The notes under the pieces were generated by a model. The model was not told the DNA's origin. It made no database searches and worked only from the letters and a program-made list of their open reading frames with translations. This document shows, one piece after another, positions 15,701-31,300 of a stretch of DNA of 64,000 nucleotides. Positions within the stretch are counted from its first letter, which is position 1. Every line of letters begins with the position of its first letter. The position numbers and the translations under genes are program-made. Origin of the DNA: Gordius albopunctatus (lineage: Eukaryota); assembly GCA_964276515.1 (NCBI GenBank), contig OZ193910.1, forward strand, positions 4,154,001 to 4,218,000. The letters run 5' to 3'.

Positions 15701-18700
15701 TTAGTCATTTTAACATATATTTTGGACGTTCCTATTATATAAATGCGACTTTTTAATAAATAAATACAAATGATGTGAATAATTGAGACATTTAAAACAA
15801 TGTAAGGAAATAGTTTAGTCATTTTAACATATATTTTGGACGTTCCTATTATATAAATGCGACTTTTTAATAAATAAATACAAATGATGTGAATCATTGA
15901 GACATTTAAAACAATGTAAGGAAATAGTTTAGTCATTTTAACATATATTTTGGACGTTCTTATTATATAAATGCGACTTTTTAATAAATAAAAAAAAATG
16001 ATGTGAATCATTGAGACATTTAAAACAATGTAAGGAAATAGTTTAGTCATTTTAACAAATATTTTGGACGTTCCTATTATATAAATGCGACTTTTTAATA
16101 AATAAATACAAATGATGTGAATCATTGAGACATTTAAAACAATGTAAGGAAACAGTTTAGTCATTTTAACATATATTTTGGACGTTCTTATTATATAAAT
16201 GCGACTTTTTAATAAATAAAAAAAATGATGTGAATCATTGAGACATTTAAAACAATGTAAGGAAATAGTTTAGTCATTTTAACATATATTTTGGACGTTC
16301 CTATTATATAAATGCGACTTTTTAATAAATAAATACAAATGATGTGAATCATTGAGACATTTAAAACAATGTAAGGAAATAGTTTAGTTATTTTAACATA
16401 TATTTTGGACGTTCTTATTATATAAATGCGACTTTTTAATAAATAAAAAAAAATGATGTAAATAATTGAGATATTTAAAACAATGTAAGGAAATAGTTTA
16501 GTCATTTTAACATATATTTTGGACGTTCTTATTATATAAATGCGACTTTTTAATAAATAAATACAAATGATGTGAATCATTGAGACATTTAAAACAATGT
16601 AAGGAAATAGTTTAGTCATTTTAACATATATTTTGGACGTTCCTATTATATAAATGCGACTTTTTAATAAATAAATACAAATGATGTGAATCATTGAGAC
16701 ATTTAAAACAATGTAAGGAAATAGTTTAGTCATTTTAACATATATTTTGGACGTTCTTATTATATAAATGCGACTTTTTAATAAATAAAAAAAATGATGT
16801 GAATCATTGAGACATTTAAAACAATGTAAGGAAATAGTTTAGTTATTTTAACATATATTTTGGACGTTCCTATTATATAAATGCGACTTTTTAATAAATA
16901 AATACAAATGATGTGAATCATTGAGACATTTAAAACAATGTAAGGAAATAGTTTAGTCATTTTAACATATATTTTGGACGTTCTTATTATATAAATGCGA
17001 CTTTTTAATAAATAAATACAAATGATGTGAATCATTGAGACATTTAAAACAATGTAAGGAAATAGTTTAGTTATTTTAACATATATTTTGGACGTTCCTA
17101 TTATATAAATGCGACTTTTTAATAAATAAAAAAAAATGATGTAAATAATTGAGATATTTAAAACAATGTAAGGAAATAGTTTAGTCATTTTAACATATAT
17201 TTTGGACGTTCTTATTATATAAATGCGACTTTTTAATAAATAAATACAAATGATGTGAATCATTGAGACATTTAAAACAATGTAAGGAAATAGTTTAGTC
17301 ATTTTAACATATATTTTGGACGTTCCTATTATATAAATGCGACTTTTTAATAAATAAATACAAATGATGTGAATCATTGAGACATTTAAAACAATGTAAG
17401 GAAATAGTTTAGTCATTTTAACATATATTTTGGACGTTCTTATTATATAAATGCGACTTTTTAATAAATAAAAAAAATGATGTGAATCATTGAGACATTT
17501 AAAACAATGTAAGGAAATAGTTTAGTCATTTTAACATATATTTTGGACGTTCCTATTATATAAATGCGACTTTTTAATAAATAAATACAAATGATGTGAA
17601 TCATTGAGACATTTAAAACAATGTAAGGAAATAGTTTAGTTATTTTAACATATATTTTGGACGTTCTTATTATATAAATGCGACTTTTTAATAAATAAAA
17701 AAAATGATGTGAATCATTGAGACATTTAAAACAATGTAAGGAAATAGTTTAGTCATTTTAACATATATTTTGGACGTTCTTATTATATAAATGCGACTTT
17801 TTAATAAATAAAAAAAAATGATGTGAATCATTGAGACATTTAAAACAATGTAAGGAAATAGTTTAGTTATTTTAACATATATTTTGGACGTTCCTATTAT
17901 ATAAATGCGACTTTTTAATAAATAAATACAAATGATGTGAATCATTGAGACATTTAAAACAATGTAAGGAAATAGTTTAGTTATTTTAACATATATTTTG
18001 GACGTTCTTATTATATAAATGCGACTTTTTAATAAATAAAAAAAAATGATGTAAATAATTGAGATATTTAAAACAATGTAAGGAAATAGTTTAGTCATTT
18101 TAACATATATTTTGGACGTTCTTATTATATAAATGCGACTTTTTAATAAATAAATACAAATGATGTGAATCATTGAGACATTTAAAACAATGTAAGGAAA
18201 TAGTTTAGTCATTTTAACATATATTTTGGACGTTCCTATTATATAAATGCGACTTTTTAATAAATAAATACAAATGATGTGAATCATTGAGACATTTAAA
18301 ACAATGTAAGGAAATAGTTTAGTCATTTTAACATATATTTTGGACGTTCTTATTATATAAATGCGACTTTTTAATAAATAAAAAAAATGATGTGAATCAT
18401 TGAGACATTTAAAACAATGTAAGGAAATAGTTTAGTTATTTTAACATATATTTTGGACGTTCCTATTATATAAATGCGACTTTTTAATAAATAAATACAA
18501 ATGATGTGAATCATTGAGACATTTAAAACAATGTAAGGAAATAGTTTAGTCATTTTAACATATATTTTGGACGTTCTTATTATATAAATGCGACTTTTTA
18601 ATAAATAAAAAAAAATGATGTGAATCATTGAGACATTTAAAACAATGTAAGGAAATAGTTTAGTCATTTTAACATATATTTTGGGCGTTCCTATTATATA

Positions 18701-21700
18701 AATGCGACTTTTTAATAAATAAAAAAAAATAATGTGAATCATTGAGACATTTAAAACAATGTAAGGAAATAGTTTAGTCATTTTAACATATATTTTGGAC
18801 GTTCCTATTATATAAATGCGACTTTTTAATAAATAAATACAAATGATGTGAATCATTGAGACATTTAAAACAATGTAAGGAAATAGTTTAGTCATTTTAA
18901 CATATATTTTGGACGTTCTTATTATATAAATGCGACTTTTTAATAAATAAATACAAATGATGTGAATCATTGAGACATTTAAAACAATGTAAGGAAACAG
19001 TTTAGTCATTTTAACATATATTTAGGACGTTCTTATTATATAAATGCGACTTTTTAATAAATAAAAAAAATGATGTGAATCATTGAGACATTTAAAACAA
19101 TGTAAGGAAATAGTTTAGTTATTTTAACATATATTTTGGACGTTCCTATTATATAAATGCGACTTTTTAATAAATAAAAAAAAATGATGTGAATCATTGA
19201 GACATTTAAAACAATGTAAGGAAATAGTTTAGTCATTTTAACATATATTTTGGACGTTCTTATTAAATAAATGCGACTTTTTAATAAATAAAAAAAAATG
19301 ATGTGAATCATTGAGACATTTAAAACAATGTAAGGAAATAGTTTAGTTATTTTAACATATATTTTGGACGTTCTTATTATATAAATGCGACTTTTTAATA
19401 AATAAAAAAAAATGATGTGAATCATTGAGACATTTAAAACAATGTAAGGAAATAGTTTAGTCATTTTAACATATATTTTGGACGTTCTTATTATATAAAT
19501 GCGACTTTTTAATAAATAAAAAAAAATGATGTGAATCATTGAGACATTTAAAACAATGTAAGGAAATAGTTTAGTCATTTTAACAAATATTTTAGACGTT
19601 CCTATTATATAAATGCGACTTTTTAATAAATAAAAAAAAATGATGTGAATCATTGAGACATTTAAAACAATGTAAGGAAATAGTTTAGTCATTTTAACAT
19701 ATATTTTGGACGTTCCTATTATATAAATGCGACTTTTTAATAAATAAAAAAAAATGATGTGAATCATTGAGACATTTAAAACAATGTAAGGAAATAGTTT
19801 AGTCATTTTAACATATATTTTGGACGTTCTTATTATATAAATGCGACTTTTTAATAAATAAAAAAAAATGATGTGAATCATTGAGACATTTAAAACAATG
19901 TAAGGAAATAGTTTAGTCATTTTAACAAATATTTTAGACGTTCCTATTATATAAATGCGACTTTTTAATAAATAAAAAAAAATGATGTGAATCATTGAGA
20001 CATTTAAAACAATGTAAGGAAATAGTTTAGTCATTTTAACATATATTTTGGACGTTCCTATTATATAAATGCGACTTTTTAATAAATAAATACAAATGAT
20101 GTGAATCATTGAGACATTTAAAACAATGTAAGGAAATAGTTTAGTCATTTTAACATATATTTTGGACGTTCTTATTATATAAATGCGACTTTTTAATAAA
20201 TAAAAAAAATGATGTGAATCATTGAGACATTTAAAACAATGTAAGGAAATAGTTTAGTCATTTTAACATATATTTTGGACGTTCTTATTATATAAATGCG
20301 ACTTTTTAATAAATAAATACAAATGATGTGAATCATTGAGACATTTAAAACAATGTAAGGAAATAGTTTAGTCATTTTAACAAATATTTTAGACGTTCCT
20401 ATTATATAAATGCGACTTTTTAATAAATAAAAAAAAATGATGTGAATCATTGAGACATTTAAAACAATGTAAGGAAATAGTTTAGTCATTTTAACATATA
20501 TTTTGGACGTTCCTATTATATAAATGCGACTTTTTAATAAATAAATACAAATGATGTGAATCATTGAGACATTTAAAACAATGTAAGGAAATAGTTTAGT
20601 CATTTTAACATATATTTTGGACGTTCTTATTATATAAATGCGACTTTTTAATAAATAAAAAAAATGATGTGAATCATTGAGACATTTAAAACAATGTAAG
20701 GAAATAGTTTAGTCATTTTAACATATATTTTGGACGTTCCTATTATATAAATGCGACTTTTTAATAAATAAATACAAATGATGTGAATAATTGAGACATT
20801 TAAAACAATGTAAGGAAATAGTTTAGTCATTTTAACATATATTTTGGACGTTCCTATTATATAAATGCGACTTTTTAATAAATAAATACAAATGATGTGA
20901 ATCATTGAGACATTTAAAACAATGTAAGGAAATAGTTTAGTCATTTTAACATATATTTTGGACGTTCTTATTATATAAATGCGACTTTTTAATAAATAAA
21001 AAAAATGATGTGAATCATTGAGACATTTAAAACAATGTAAGGAAATAGTTTAGTCATTTTAACATATATTTTGGACGTTCTTATTATATAAATGCGACTT
21101 TTTAATAAATAAAAAAAAATGATGTGAATCATTGAGACATTTAAAACAATGTAAGGAAATAGTTTAGTCATTTTAACAAATATTTTGGACGTTCCTATTA
21201 TATAAATGCGACTTTTTAATAAATAAATACAAATGATGTGAATCATTGAGACATTTAAAACAATGTAAGGAAACAGTTTAGTCATTTTAACATATATTTA
21301 GGACGTTCTTATTATATAAATGCGACTTTTTAATAAATAAAAAAAAATAATGTGAATCATTGAGACATTTAAAACAATGTAAGGAAATAGTTTAGTCATT
21401 TTAACATATATTTTGGACGTTCCTATTATATAAATGCGACTTTTTAATAAATAAATACAAATGATGTGAATCATTGAGACATTTAAAACAATGTAAGGAA
21501 ATAGTTTAGTCATTTTAACATATATTTTGGACGTTCCTATTATATAAATGCGACTTTTTAATAAATAAAAAAAAATGATGTGAATCATTGAGACATTTAA
21601 AACAATGTAAGGAAATAGTTTAGTCATTTTAACATATATTTTGGACGTTCTTATTATATAAATGCGACTTTTTAATAAATAAATACAAATGATGTGAATC

Positions 21701-24700
21701 ATTGAGACATTTAAAACAATGTAAGGAAATAGTTTAGTCATTTTAACATATATTTTGGACGTTCTTATTATATAAATGCGACTTTTTAATAAATAAATAC
21801 AAATGATGTGAATCATTGAGACATTTAAAACAATGTAAGGAAATAGTTTAGTCATTTTAACATATATTTTGGACGTTCCTATTATATAAATGCGACTTTT
21901 TAATAAATAAAAAAAAATGATGTGAATCATTGAGACATTTAAAACAATGTAAGGAAATAGTTTAGTCATTTTAACATATATTTTGGACGTTCTTATTATA
22001 TAAATGCGACTTTTTAATAAATAAATACAAATGATGTGAATCATTGAGACATTTAAAACAATGTAAGGAAATAGTTTAGTCATTTTAACATATATTTTGG
22101 ACGTTCTTATTATATAAATGCGACTTTTTAATAAATAAAAAAAATGATGTGAATCATTGAGACATTTAAAACAATGTAAGGAAATAGTTTAGTCATTTTA
22201 ACATATATTTTGGACGTTCTTATTATATAAATGCGACTTTTTAATAAATAAAAAAAAATGATGTGAATCATTGAGACATTTAAAACAATGTAAGGAAATA
22301 GTTTAGTTATTTTAACATATATTTTGGACGTTCTTATTATATAAATGCGACTTTTTAATAAATAAAAAAAAATGATGTGAATCATTGAGACATTTAAAAC
22401 AATGTAAGGAAATAGTTTAGTCATTTTAACATATATTTTGGACGTTCTTATTATATAAATGCGACTTTTTAATAAATAAATACAAATGATGTGAATCATT
22501 GAGACATTTAAAACAATGTAAGGAAATAGTTTAGTCATTTTAACATATATTTTGGACGTTCTTATTATATAAATGCGACTTTTTAATAAATAAAAAAAAA
22601 TGATGTGAATCATTGAGACATTTAAAACAATGTAAGGAAATAGTTTAGTCATTTTAACATATATTTTGGGCGTTCCTATTATATAAATGCGACTTTTTAA
22701 TAAATAAAAAAAAATAATGTGAATCATTGAGACATTTAAAACAATGTAAGGAAATAGTTTAGTCATTTTAACATATATTTTGGACGTTCCTATTATATAA
22801 ATGCGACTTTTTAATAAATAAATACAAATGATGTGAATCATTGAGACATTTAAAACAATGTAAGGAAATAGTTTAGTCATTTTAACATATATTTTGGACG
22901 TTCCTATTATATAAATGCGACTTTTTAATAAATAAATACAAATGATGTGAATCATTGAGACATTTAAAACAATGTAAGGAAATAGTTTAGTCATTTTAAC
23001 ATATATTTTGGACGTTCTTATTATATAAATGCGACTTTTTAATAAATAAAAAAAAATGATGTGAATCATTGAGACATTTAAAACAATGTAAGGAAATAGT
23101 TTAGTCATTTTAACATATATTTTGGGCGTTCCTATTATATAAATGCGACTTTTTAATAAATAAAAAAAAATAATGTGAATCATTGAGACATTTAAAACAA
23201 TGTAAGGAAATAGTTTAGTCATTTTAACATATATTTTGGACGTTCCTATTATATAAATGCGACTTTTTAATAAATAAATACAAATGATGTGAATCATTGA
23301 GACATTTAAAACAATGTAAGGAAATAGTTTAGTCATTTTAACATATATTTTGGACGTTCCTATTATATAAATGCGACTTTTTAATAAATAAAAAAAAATG
23401 ATGTGAATCATTGAGACATTTAAAACAATGTAAGGAAATAGTTTAGTCATTTTAACATATATTTTGGACGTTCTTATTATATAAATGCGACTTTTTAATA
23501 AATAAATACAAATGATGTGAATCATTGAGACATTTAAAACAATGTAAGGAAATAGTTTAGTCATTTTAACATATATTTTGGACGTTCTTATTATATAAAT
23601 GCGACTTTTTAATAAATAAATACAAATGATGTGAATCATTGAGACATTTAAAACAATGTAAGGAAATAGTTTAGTCATTTTAACATATATTTTGGACGTT
23701 CCTATTATATAAATGCGACTTTTTAATAAATAAAAAAAAATGATGTGAATCATTGAGACATTTAAAACAATGTAAGGAAATAGTTTAGTCATTTTAACAT
23801 ATATTTTGGACGTTCTTATTATATAAATGCGACTTTTTAATAAATAAATACAAATGATGTGAATCATTGAGACATTTAAAACAATGTAAGGAAATAGTTT
23901 AGTCATTTTAACATATATTTTGGACGTTCTTATTATATAAATGCGACTTTTTAATAAATAAAAAAAATGATGTGAATCATTGAGACATTTAAAACAATGT
24001 AAGGAAATAGTTTAGTCATTTTAACATATATTTTGGACGTTCTTATTATATAAATGCGACTTTTTAATAAATAAAAAAAAATGATGTGAATCATTGAGAC
24101 ATTTAAAACAATGTAAGGAAATAGTTTAGTCATTTTAACATATATTTTGGACGTTCTTATTATATAAATGCGACTTTTTAATAAATAAAAAAAAATGATG
24201 TGAATCATTGAGACATTTAAAACAATGTAAGGAAATAGTTTAGTCATTTTAACATATATTTTGGACGTTCTTATTATATAAATGCGACTTTTTAATAAAT
24301 AAAAAAAATGATGTGAATCATTGAGACATTTAAAACAATGTAAGGAAATAGTTTAGTCATTTTAACATATATTTTGGACGTTCCTATTATATAAATGCGA
24401 CTTTTTAATAAATAAAAAAAAATGATGTGAATCATTGAGACATTTAAAACAATGTAAGGAAATAGTTTAGTCATTTTAACATATATTTTGGACGTTCCTA
24501 TTATATAAATGCGACTTTTTAATAAATAAATACAAATGATGTGAATCATTGAGACATTTAAAACAATGTAAGGAAATAGTTTAGTCATTTTAACATATAT
24601 TTTGGACGTTCTTATTATATAAATGCGACTTTTTAATAAATAAAAAAAATGATGTGAATCATTGAGACATTTAAAACAATGTAAGGAAATAGTTTAGTCA

Positions 24701-25314
24701 TTTTAACATATATTTTGGACGTTCCTATTATATAAATGCGACTTTTTAATAAATAAATACAAATGATGTGAATAATTGAGACATTTAAAACAATGTAAGG
24801 AAATAGTTTAGTCATTTTAACATATATTTTGGACGTTCCTATTATATAAATGCGACTTTTTAATAAATAAATACAAATGATGTGAATCATTGAGACATTT
24901 AAAACAATGTAAGGAAATAGTTTAGTCATTTTAACATATATTTTGGACGTTCTTATTATATAAATGCGACTTTTTAATAAATAAAAAAAATGATGTGAAT
25001 CATTGAGACATTTAAAACAATGTAAGGAAATAGTTTAGTCATTTTAACATATATTTTGGACGTTCTTATTATATAAATGCGACTTTTTAATAAATAAAAA
25101 AAAATGATGTGAATCATTGAGACATTTAAAACAATGTAAGGAAATAGTTTAGTCATTTTAACAAATATTTTGGACGTTCCTATTATATAAATGCGACTTT
25201 TTAATAAATAAATACAAATGATGTGAATCATTGAGACATTTAAAACAATGTAAGGAAACAGTTTAGTCATTTTAACATATATTTAGGACGTTCTTATTAT
25301 ATAAATGCGACTTT
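12796..25314 (+). repeat. Higher-order repeat copy 2 (12,519 bp; one extra 113-bp monomer near 24300)
   Basis: Same variant order as copy 1 at +12520. The differences I noticed are confined to ~24131-24380. Confidence 0.95.
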
Positions 25315-28300
25315 TTAATAAATAAAAAAAATGATGTGAATCATTGAGACATTTAAAACAATGTAAGGAAATAGTTTAGTTATTTTAACATATATTTTGG
25401 ACGTTCCTATTATATAAATGCGACTTTTTAATAAATAAATACAAATGATGTGAATCATTGAGACATTTAAAACAATGTAAGGAAATAGTTTAGTCATTTT
25501 AACATATATTTTGGATGTTCTTATTATATAAATGCGACTTTTTAATAAATAAAAAAAAATGATGTGAATCATTGAGACATTTAAAACAATGTAAGGAAAT
25601 AGTTTAGTCATTTTAACATATATTTTGGACGTTCCTATTATATAAATGCGACTTTTTAATAAATAAATACAAATGATGTGAATCATTGAGACATTTAAAA
25701 CAATGTAAGGAAATAGTTTAGTTATTTTAACATATATTTTGGACGTTCTTATTATATAAATGCGACTTTTTAATAAATAAAAAAAAATGATGTAAATAAT
25801 TGAGATATTTAAAACAATGTAAGGAAATAGTTTAGTCATTTTAACATATATTTTGGACGTTCTTATTATATAAATGCGACTTTTTAATAAATAAATACAA
25901 ATGATGTGAATCATTGAGACATTTAAAACAATGTAAGGAAATAGTTTAGTTATTTTAACATATATTTTGGACGTTCCTATTATATAAATGCGACTTTTTA
26001 ATAAATAAATACAAATGATGTGAATCATTGAGACATTTAAAACAATGTAAGGAAATAGTTTAGTCATTTTAACATATATTTTGGATGTTCTTATTATATA
26101 AATGCGACTTTTTAATAAATAAAAAAAATGATGTGAATCATTGAGACATTTAAAACAATGTAAGGAAATAGTTTAGTCATTTTAACATATATTTTGGACG
26201 TTCTTATTATATAAATGCGACTTTTTAATAAATAAAAAAAAATGATGTGAATCATTGAGACATTTAAAACAATGTAAGGAAATAGTTTAGTTATTTTAAC
26301 ATATATTTTGGACGTTCTTATTATATAAATGCGACTTTTTAATAAATAAAAAAAATGATGTGAATCATTGAGACATTTAAAACAATGTAAGGAAATAGTT
26401 TAGTCATTTTAACATATATTTTGGACGTTCTTATTATATAAATGCGACTTTTTAATAAATAAATACAAATGATGTGAATCATTGAGACATTTAAAACAAT
26501 GTAAGGAAATAGTTTAGTCATTTTAACATATATTTTGGACGTTCTTATTATATAAATGCGACTTTTTAATAAATAAATACAAATGATGTGAATCATTGAG
26601 ACATTTAAAACAATGTAAGGAAATAGTTTAGTCATTTTAACATATATTTTGGACGTTCCTATTATATAAATGCGACTTTTTAATAAATAAATACAAATGA
26701 TGTGAATCATTGAGACATTTAAAACAATGTAAGGAAATAGTTTAGTCATTTTAACATATATTTTGGACGTTCTTATTATATAAATGCGACTTTTTAATAA
26801 ATAAAAAAAATGATGTGAATCATTGAGACATTTAAAACAATGTAAGGAAATAGTTTAGTCATTTTAACATATATTTTGGACGTTCCTATTATATAAATGC
26901 GACTTTTTAATAAATAAATACAAATGATGTGAATAATTGAGACATTTAAAACAATGTAAGGAAATAGTTTAGTCATTTTAACATATATTTTGGACGTTCT
27001 TATTATATAAATGCGACTTTTTAATAAATAAATACAAATGATGTGAATCATTGAGACATTTAAAACAATGTAAGGAAATAGTTTAGTCATTTTAACATAT
27101 ATTTTGCACGTTCCTATTATATAAATGCGACTTTTTAATAAATAAATACAAATGATGTGAATCATTGAGACATTTAAAACAATGTAAGGAAATAGTTTAG
27201 TCATTTTAACATATATTTTGGACGTTCTTATTATATAAATGCGACTTTTTAATAAATAAAAAAAATGATGTGAATCATTGAGACATTTAAAACAATGTAA
27301 GGAAATAGTTTAGTCATTTTAACATATATTTTGGACGTTCCTATTATAAAAATGCGACTTTTTAATAAATAAATACAAATGATGTGAATAATTGAGACAT
27401 TTAAAACAATGTAAGGAAATAGTTTAGTTATTTTAACATATATTTTGGACGTTCTTATTATATAAATGCGACTTTTTAATAAATAAATACAAATGATGTG
27501 AATCATTGAGACATTTAAAACAATGTAAGGAAATAGTTTAGTCATTTTAACATATATTTTGGACGTTCCTATTATATAAATGCGACTTTTTAATAAATAA
27601 ATACAAATGATGTGAATCATTGAGACATTTAAAACAATGTAAGGAAATAGTTTAGTCATTTTAACATATATTTTGGACGTTCTTATTATATAAATGCGAC
27701 TTTTTAATAAATAAAAAAAATGATGTGAATCATTGAGACATTTAAAACAATGTAAGGAAATAGTTTAGTCATTTTAACATATATTTTGGACGTTCTTATT
27801 ATATAAATGCGACTTTTTAATAAATAAATACAAATGATGTGAATCATTGAGACATTTAAAACAATGTAAGGAAATAGTTTAGTCATTTTAACATATATTT
27901 TGGACGTTCTTATTATATAAATGCGACTTTTTAATAAATAAATACAAATGATGTGAATCATTGAGACATTTAAAACAATGTAAGGAAATAGTTTAGTCAT
28001 TTTAACATATATTTTGGACGTTCCTATTATATAAATGCGACTTTTTAATAAATAAAAAAAAATGATGTGAATCATTGAGACATTTAAAACAATGTAAGGA
28101 AATAGTTTAGTCATTTTAACATATATTTTGGACGTTCTTATTATATAAATGCGACTTTTTAATAAATAAAAAAAATGATGTGAATCATTGAGACATTTAA
28201 AACAATGTAAGGAAATAGTTTAGTCATTTTAACATATATTTTGGACGTTCCTATTATATAAATGCGACTTTTTAATAAATAAATACAAATGATGTGAATA

Positions 28301-31300
28301 ATTGAGACATTTAAAACAATGTAAGGAAATAGTTTAGTCATTTTAACATATATTTTGGACGTTCCTATTATATAAATGCGACTTTTTAATAAATAAATAC
28401 AAATGATGTGAATCATTGAGACATTTAAAACAATGTAAGGAAATAGTTTAGTCATTTTAACATATATTTTGGACGTTCTTATTATATAAATGCGACTTTT
28501 TAATAAATAAAAAAAAATGATGTGAATCATTGAGACATTTAAAACAATGTAAGGAAATAGTTTAGTCATTTTAACAAATATTTTGGACGTTCCTATTATA
28601 TAAATGCGACTTTTTAATAAATAAATACAAATGATGTGAATCATTGAGACATTTAAAACAATGTAAGGAAACAGTTTAGTCATTTTAACATATATTTTGG
28701 ACGTTCTTATTATATAAATGCGACTTTTTAATAAATAAAAAAAATGATGTGAATCATTGAGACATTTAAAACAATGTAAGGAAATAGTTTAGTCATTTTA
28801 ACATATATTTTGGACGTTCCTATTATATAAATGCGACTTTTTAATAAATAAATACAAATGATGTGAATCATTGAGACATTTAAAACAATGTAAGGAAATA
28901 GTTTAGTTATTTTAACATATATTTTGGACGTTCTTATTATATAAATGCGACTTTTTAATAAATAAAAAAAAATGATGTAAATAATTGAGATATTTAAAAC
29001 AATGTAAGGAAATAGTTTAGTCATTTTAACATATATTTTGGACGTTCTTATTATATAAATGCGACTTTTTAATAAATAAATACAAATGATGTGAATCATT
29101 GAGACATTTAAAACAATGTAAGGAAATAGTTTAGTCATTTTAACATATATTTTGGACGTTCCTATTATATAAATGCGACTTTTTAATAAATAAATACAAA
29201 TGATGTGAATCATTGAGACATTTAAAACAATGTAAGGAAATAGTTTAGTCATTTTAACATATATTTTGGACGTTCTTATTATATAAATGCGACTTTTTAA
29301 TAAATAAAAAAAATGATGTGAATCATTGAGACATTTAAAACAATGTAAGGAAATAGTTTAGTTATTTTAACATATATTTTGGACGTTCCTATTATATAAA
29401 TGCGACTTTTTAATAAATAAATACAAATGATGTGAATCATTGAGACATTTAAAACAATGTAAGGAAATAGTTTAGTCATTTTAACATATATTTTGGACGT
29501 TCTTATTATATAAATGCGACTTTTTAATAAATAAATACAAATGATGTGAATCATTGAGACATTTAAAACAATGTAAGGAAATAGTTTAGTTATTTTAACA
29601 TATATTTTGGACGTTCCTATTATATAAATGCGACTTTTTAATAAATAAAAAAAAATGATGTAAATAATTGAGATATTTAAAACAATGTAAGGAAATAGTT
29701 TAGTCATTTTAACATATATTTTGGACGTTCTTATTATATAAATGCGACTTTTTAATAAATAAATACAAATGATGTGAATCATTGAGACATTTAAAACAAT
29801 GTAAGGAAATAGTTTAGTCATTTTAACATATATTTTGGACGTTCCTATTATATAAATGCGACTTTTTAATAAATAAATACAAATTATGTGAATCATTGAG
29901 ACATTTAAAACAATGTAAGGAAATAGTTTAGTCATTTTAACATATATTTTGGACGTTCTTATTATATAAATGCGACTTTTTAATAAATAAAAAAAATGAT
30001 GTGAATCATTGAGACATTTAAAACAATGTAAGGAAATAGTTTAGTCATTTTAACATATATTTTGGACGTTCCTATTATATAAATGCGACTTTTTAATAAA
30101 TAAATACAAATGATGTGAATCATTGAGACATTTAAAACAATGTAAGGAAATAGTTTAGTTATTTTAACATATATTTTGGACGTTCTTATTATATAAATGC
30201 GACTTTTTAATAAATAAAAAAAATGATGTGAATCATTGAGACATTTAAAACAATGTAAGGAAATAGTTTAGTCATTTTAACATATATTTTGGACGTTCTT
30301 ATTATATAAATGCGACTTTTTAATAAATAAAAAAAAATGATGTGAATCATTGAGACATTTAAAACAATGTAAGGAAATAGTTTAGTTATTTTAACATATA
30401 TTTTGGACGTTCCTATTATATAAATGCGACTTTTTAATAAATAAATACAAATGATGTGAATCATTGAGACATTTAAAACAATGTAAGGAAATAGTTTAGT
30501 TATTTTAACATATATTTTGGACGTTCTTATTATATAAATGCGACTTTTTAATAAATAAAAAAAAATGATGTAAATAATTGAGATATTTAAAACAATGTAA
30601 GGAAATAGTTTAGTCATTTTAACATATATTTTGGACGTTCTTATTATATAAATGCGACTTTTTAATAAATAAATACAAATGATGTGAATCATTGAGACAT
30701 TTAAAACAATGTAAGGAAATAGTTTAGTCATTTTAACATATATTTTGGACGTTCCTATTATATAAATGCGACTTTTTAATAAATAAATACAAATGATGTG
30801 AATCATTGAGACATTTAAAACAATGTAAGGAAATAGTTTAGTCATTTTAACATATATTTTGGACGTTCTTATTATATAAATGCGACTTTTTAATAAATAA
30901 AAAAAATGATGTGAATCATTGAGACATTTAAAACAATGTAAGGAAATAGTTTAGTTATTTTAACATATATTTTGGACGTTCCTATTATATAAATGCGACT
31001 TTTTAATAAATAAATACAAATGATGTGAATCATTGAGACATTTAAAACAATGTAAGGAAATAGTTTAGTCATTTTAACATATATTTTGGACGTTCTTATT
31101 ATATAAATGCGACTTTTTAATAAATAAAAAAAAATGATGTGAATCATTGAGACATTTAAAACAATGTAAGGAAATAGTTTAGTCATTTTAACATATATTT
31201 TGGGCGTTCCTATTATATAAATGCGACTTTTTAATAAATAAAAAAAAATAATGTGAATCATTGAGACATTTAAAACAATGTAAGGAAATAGTTTAGTCAT

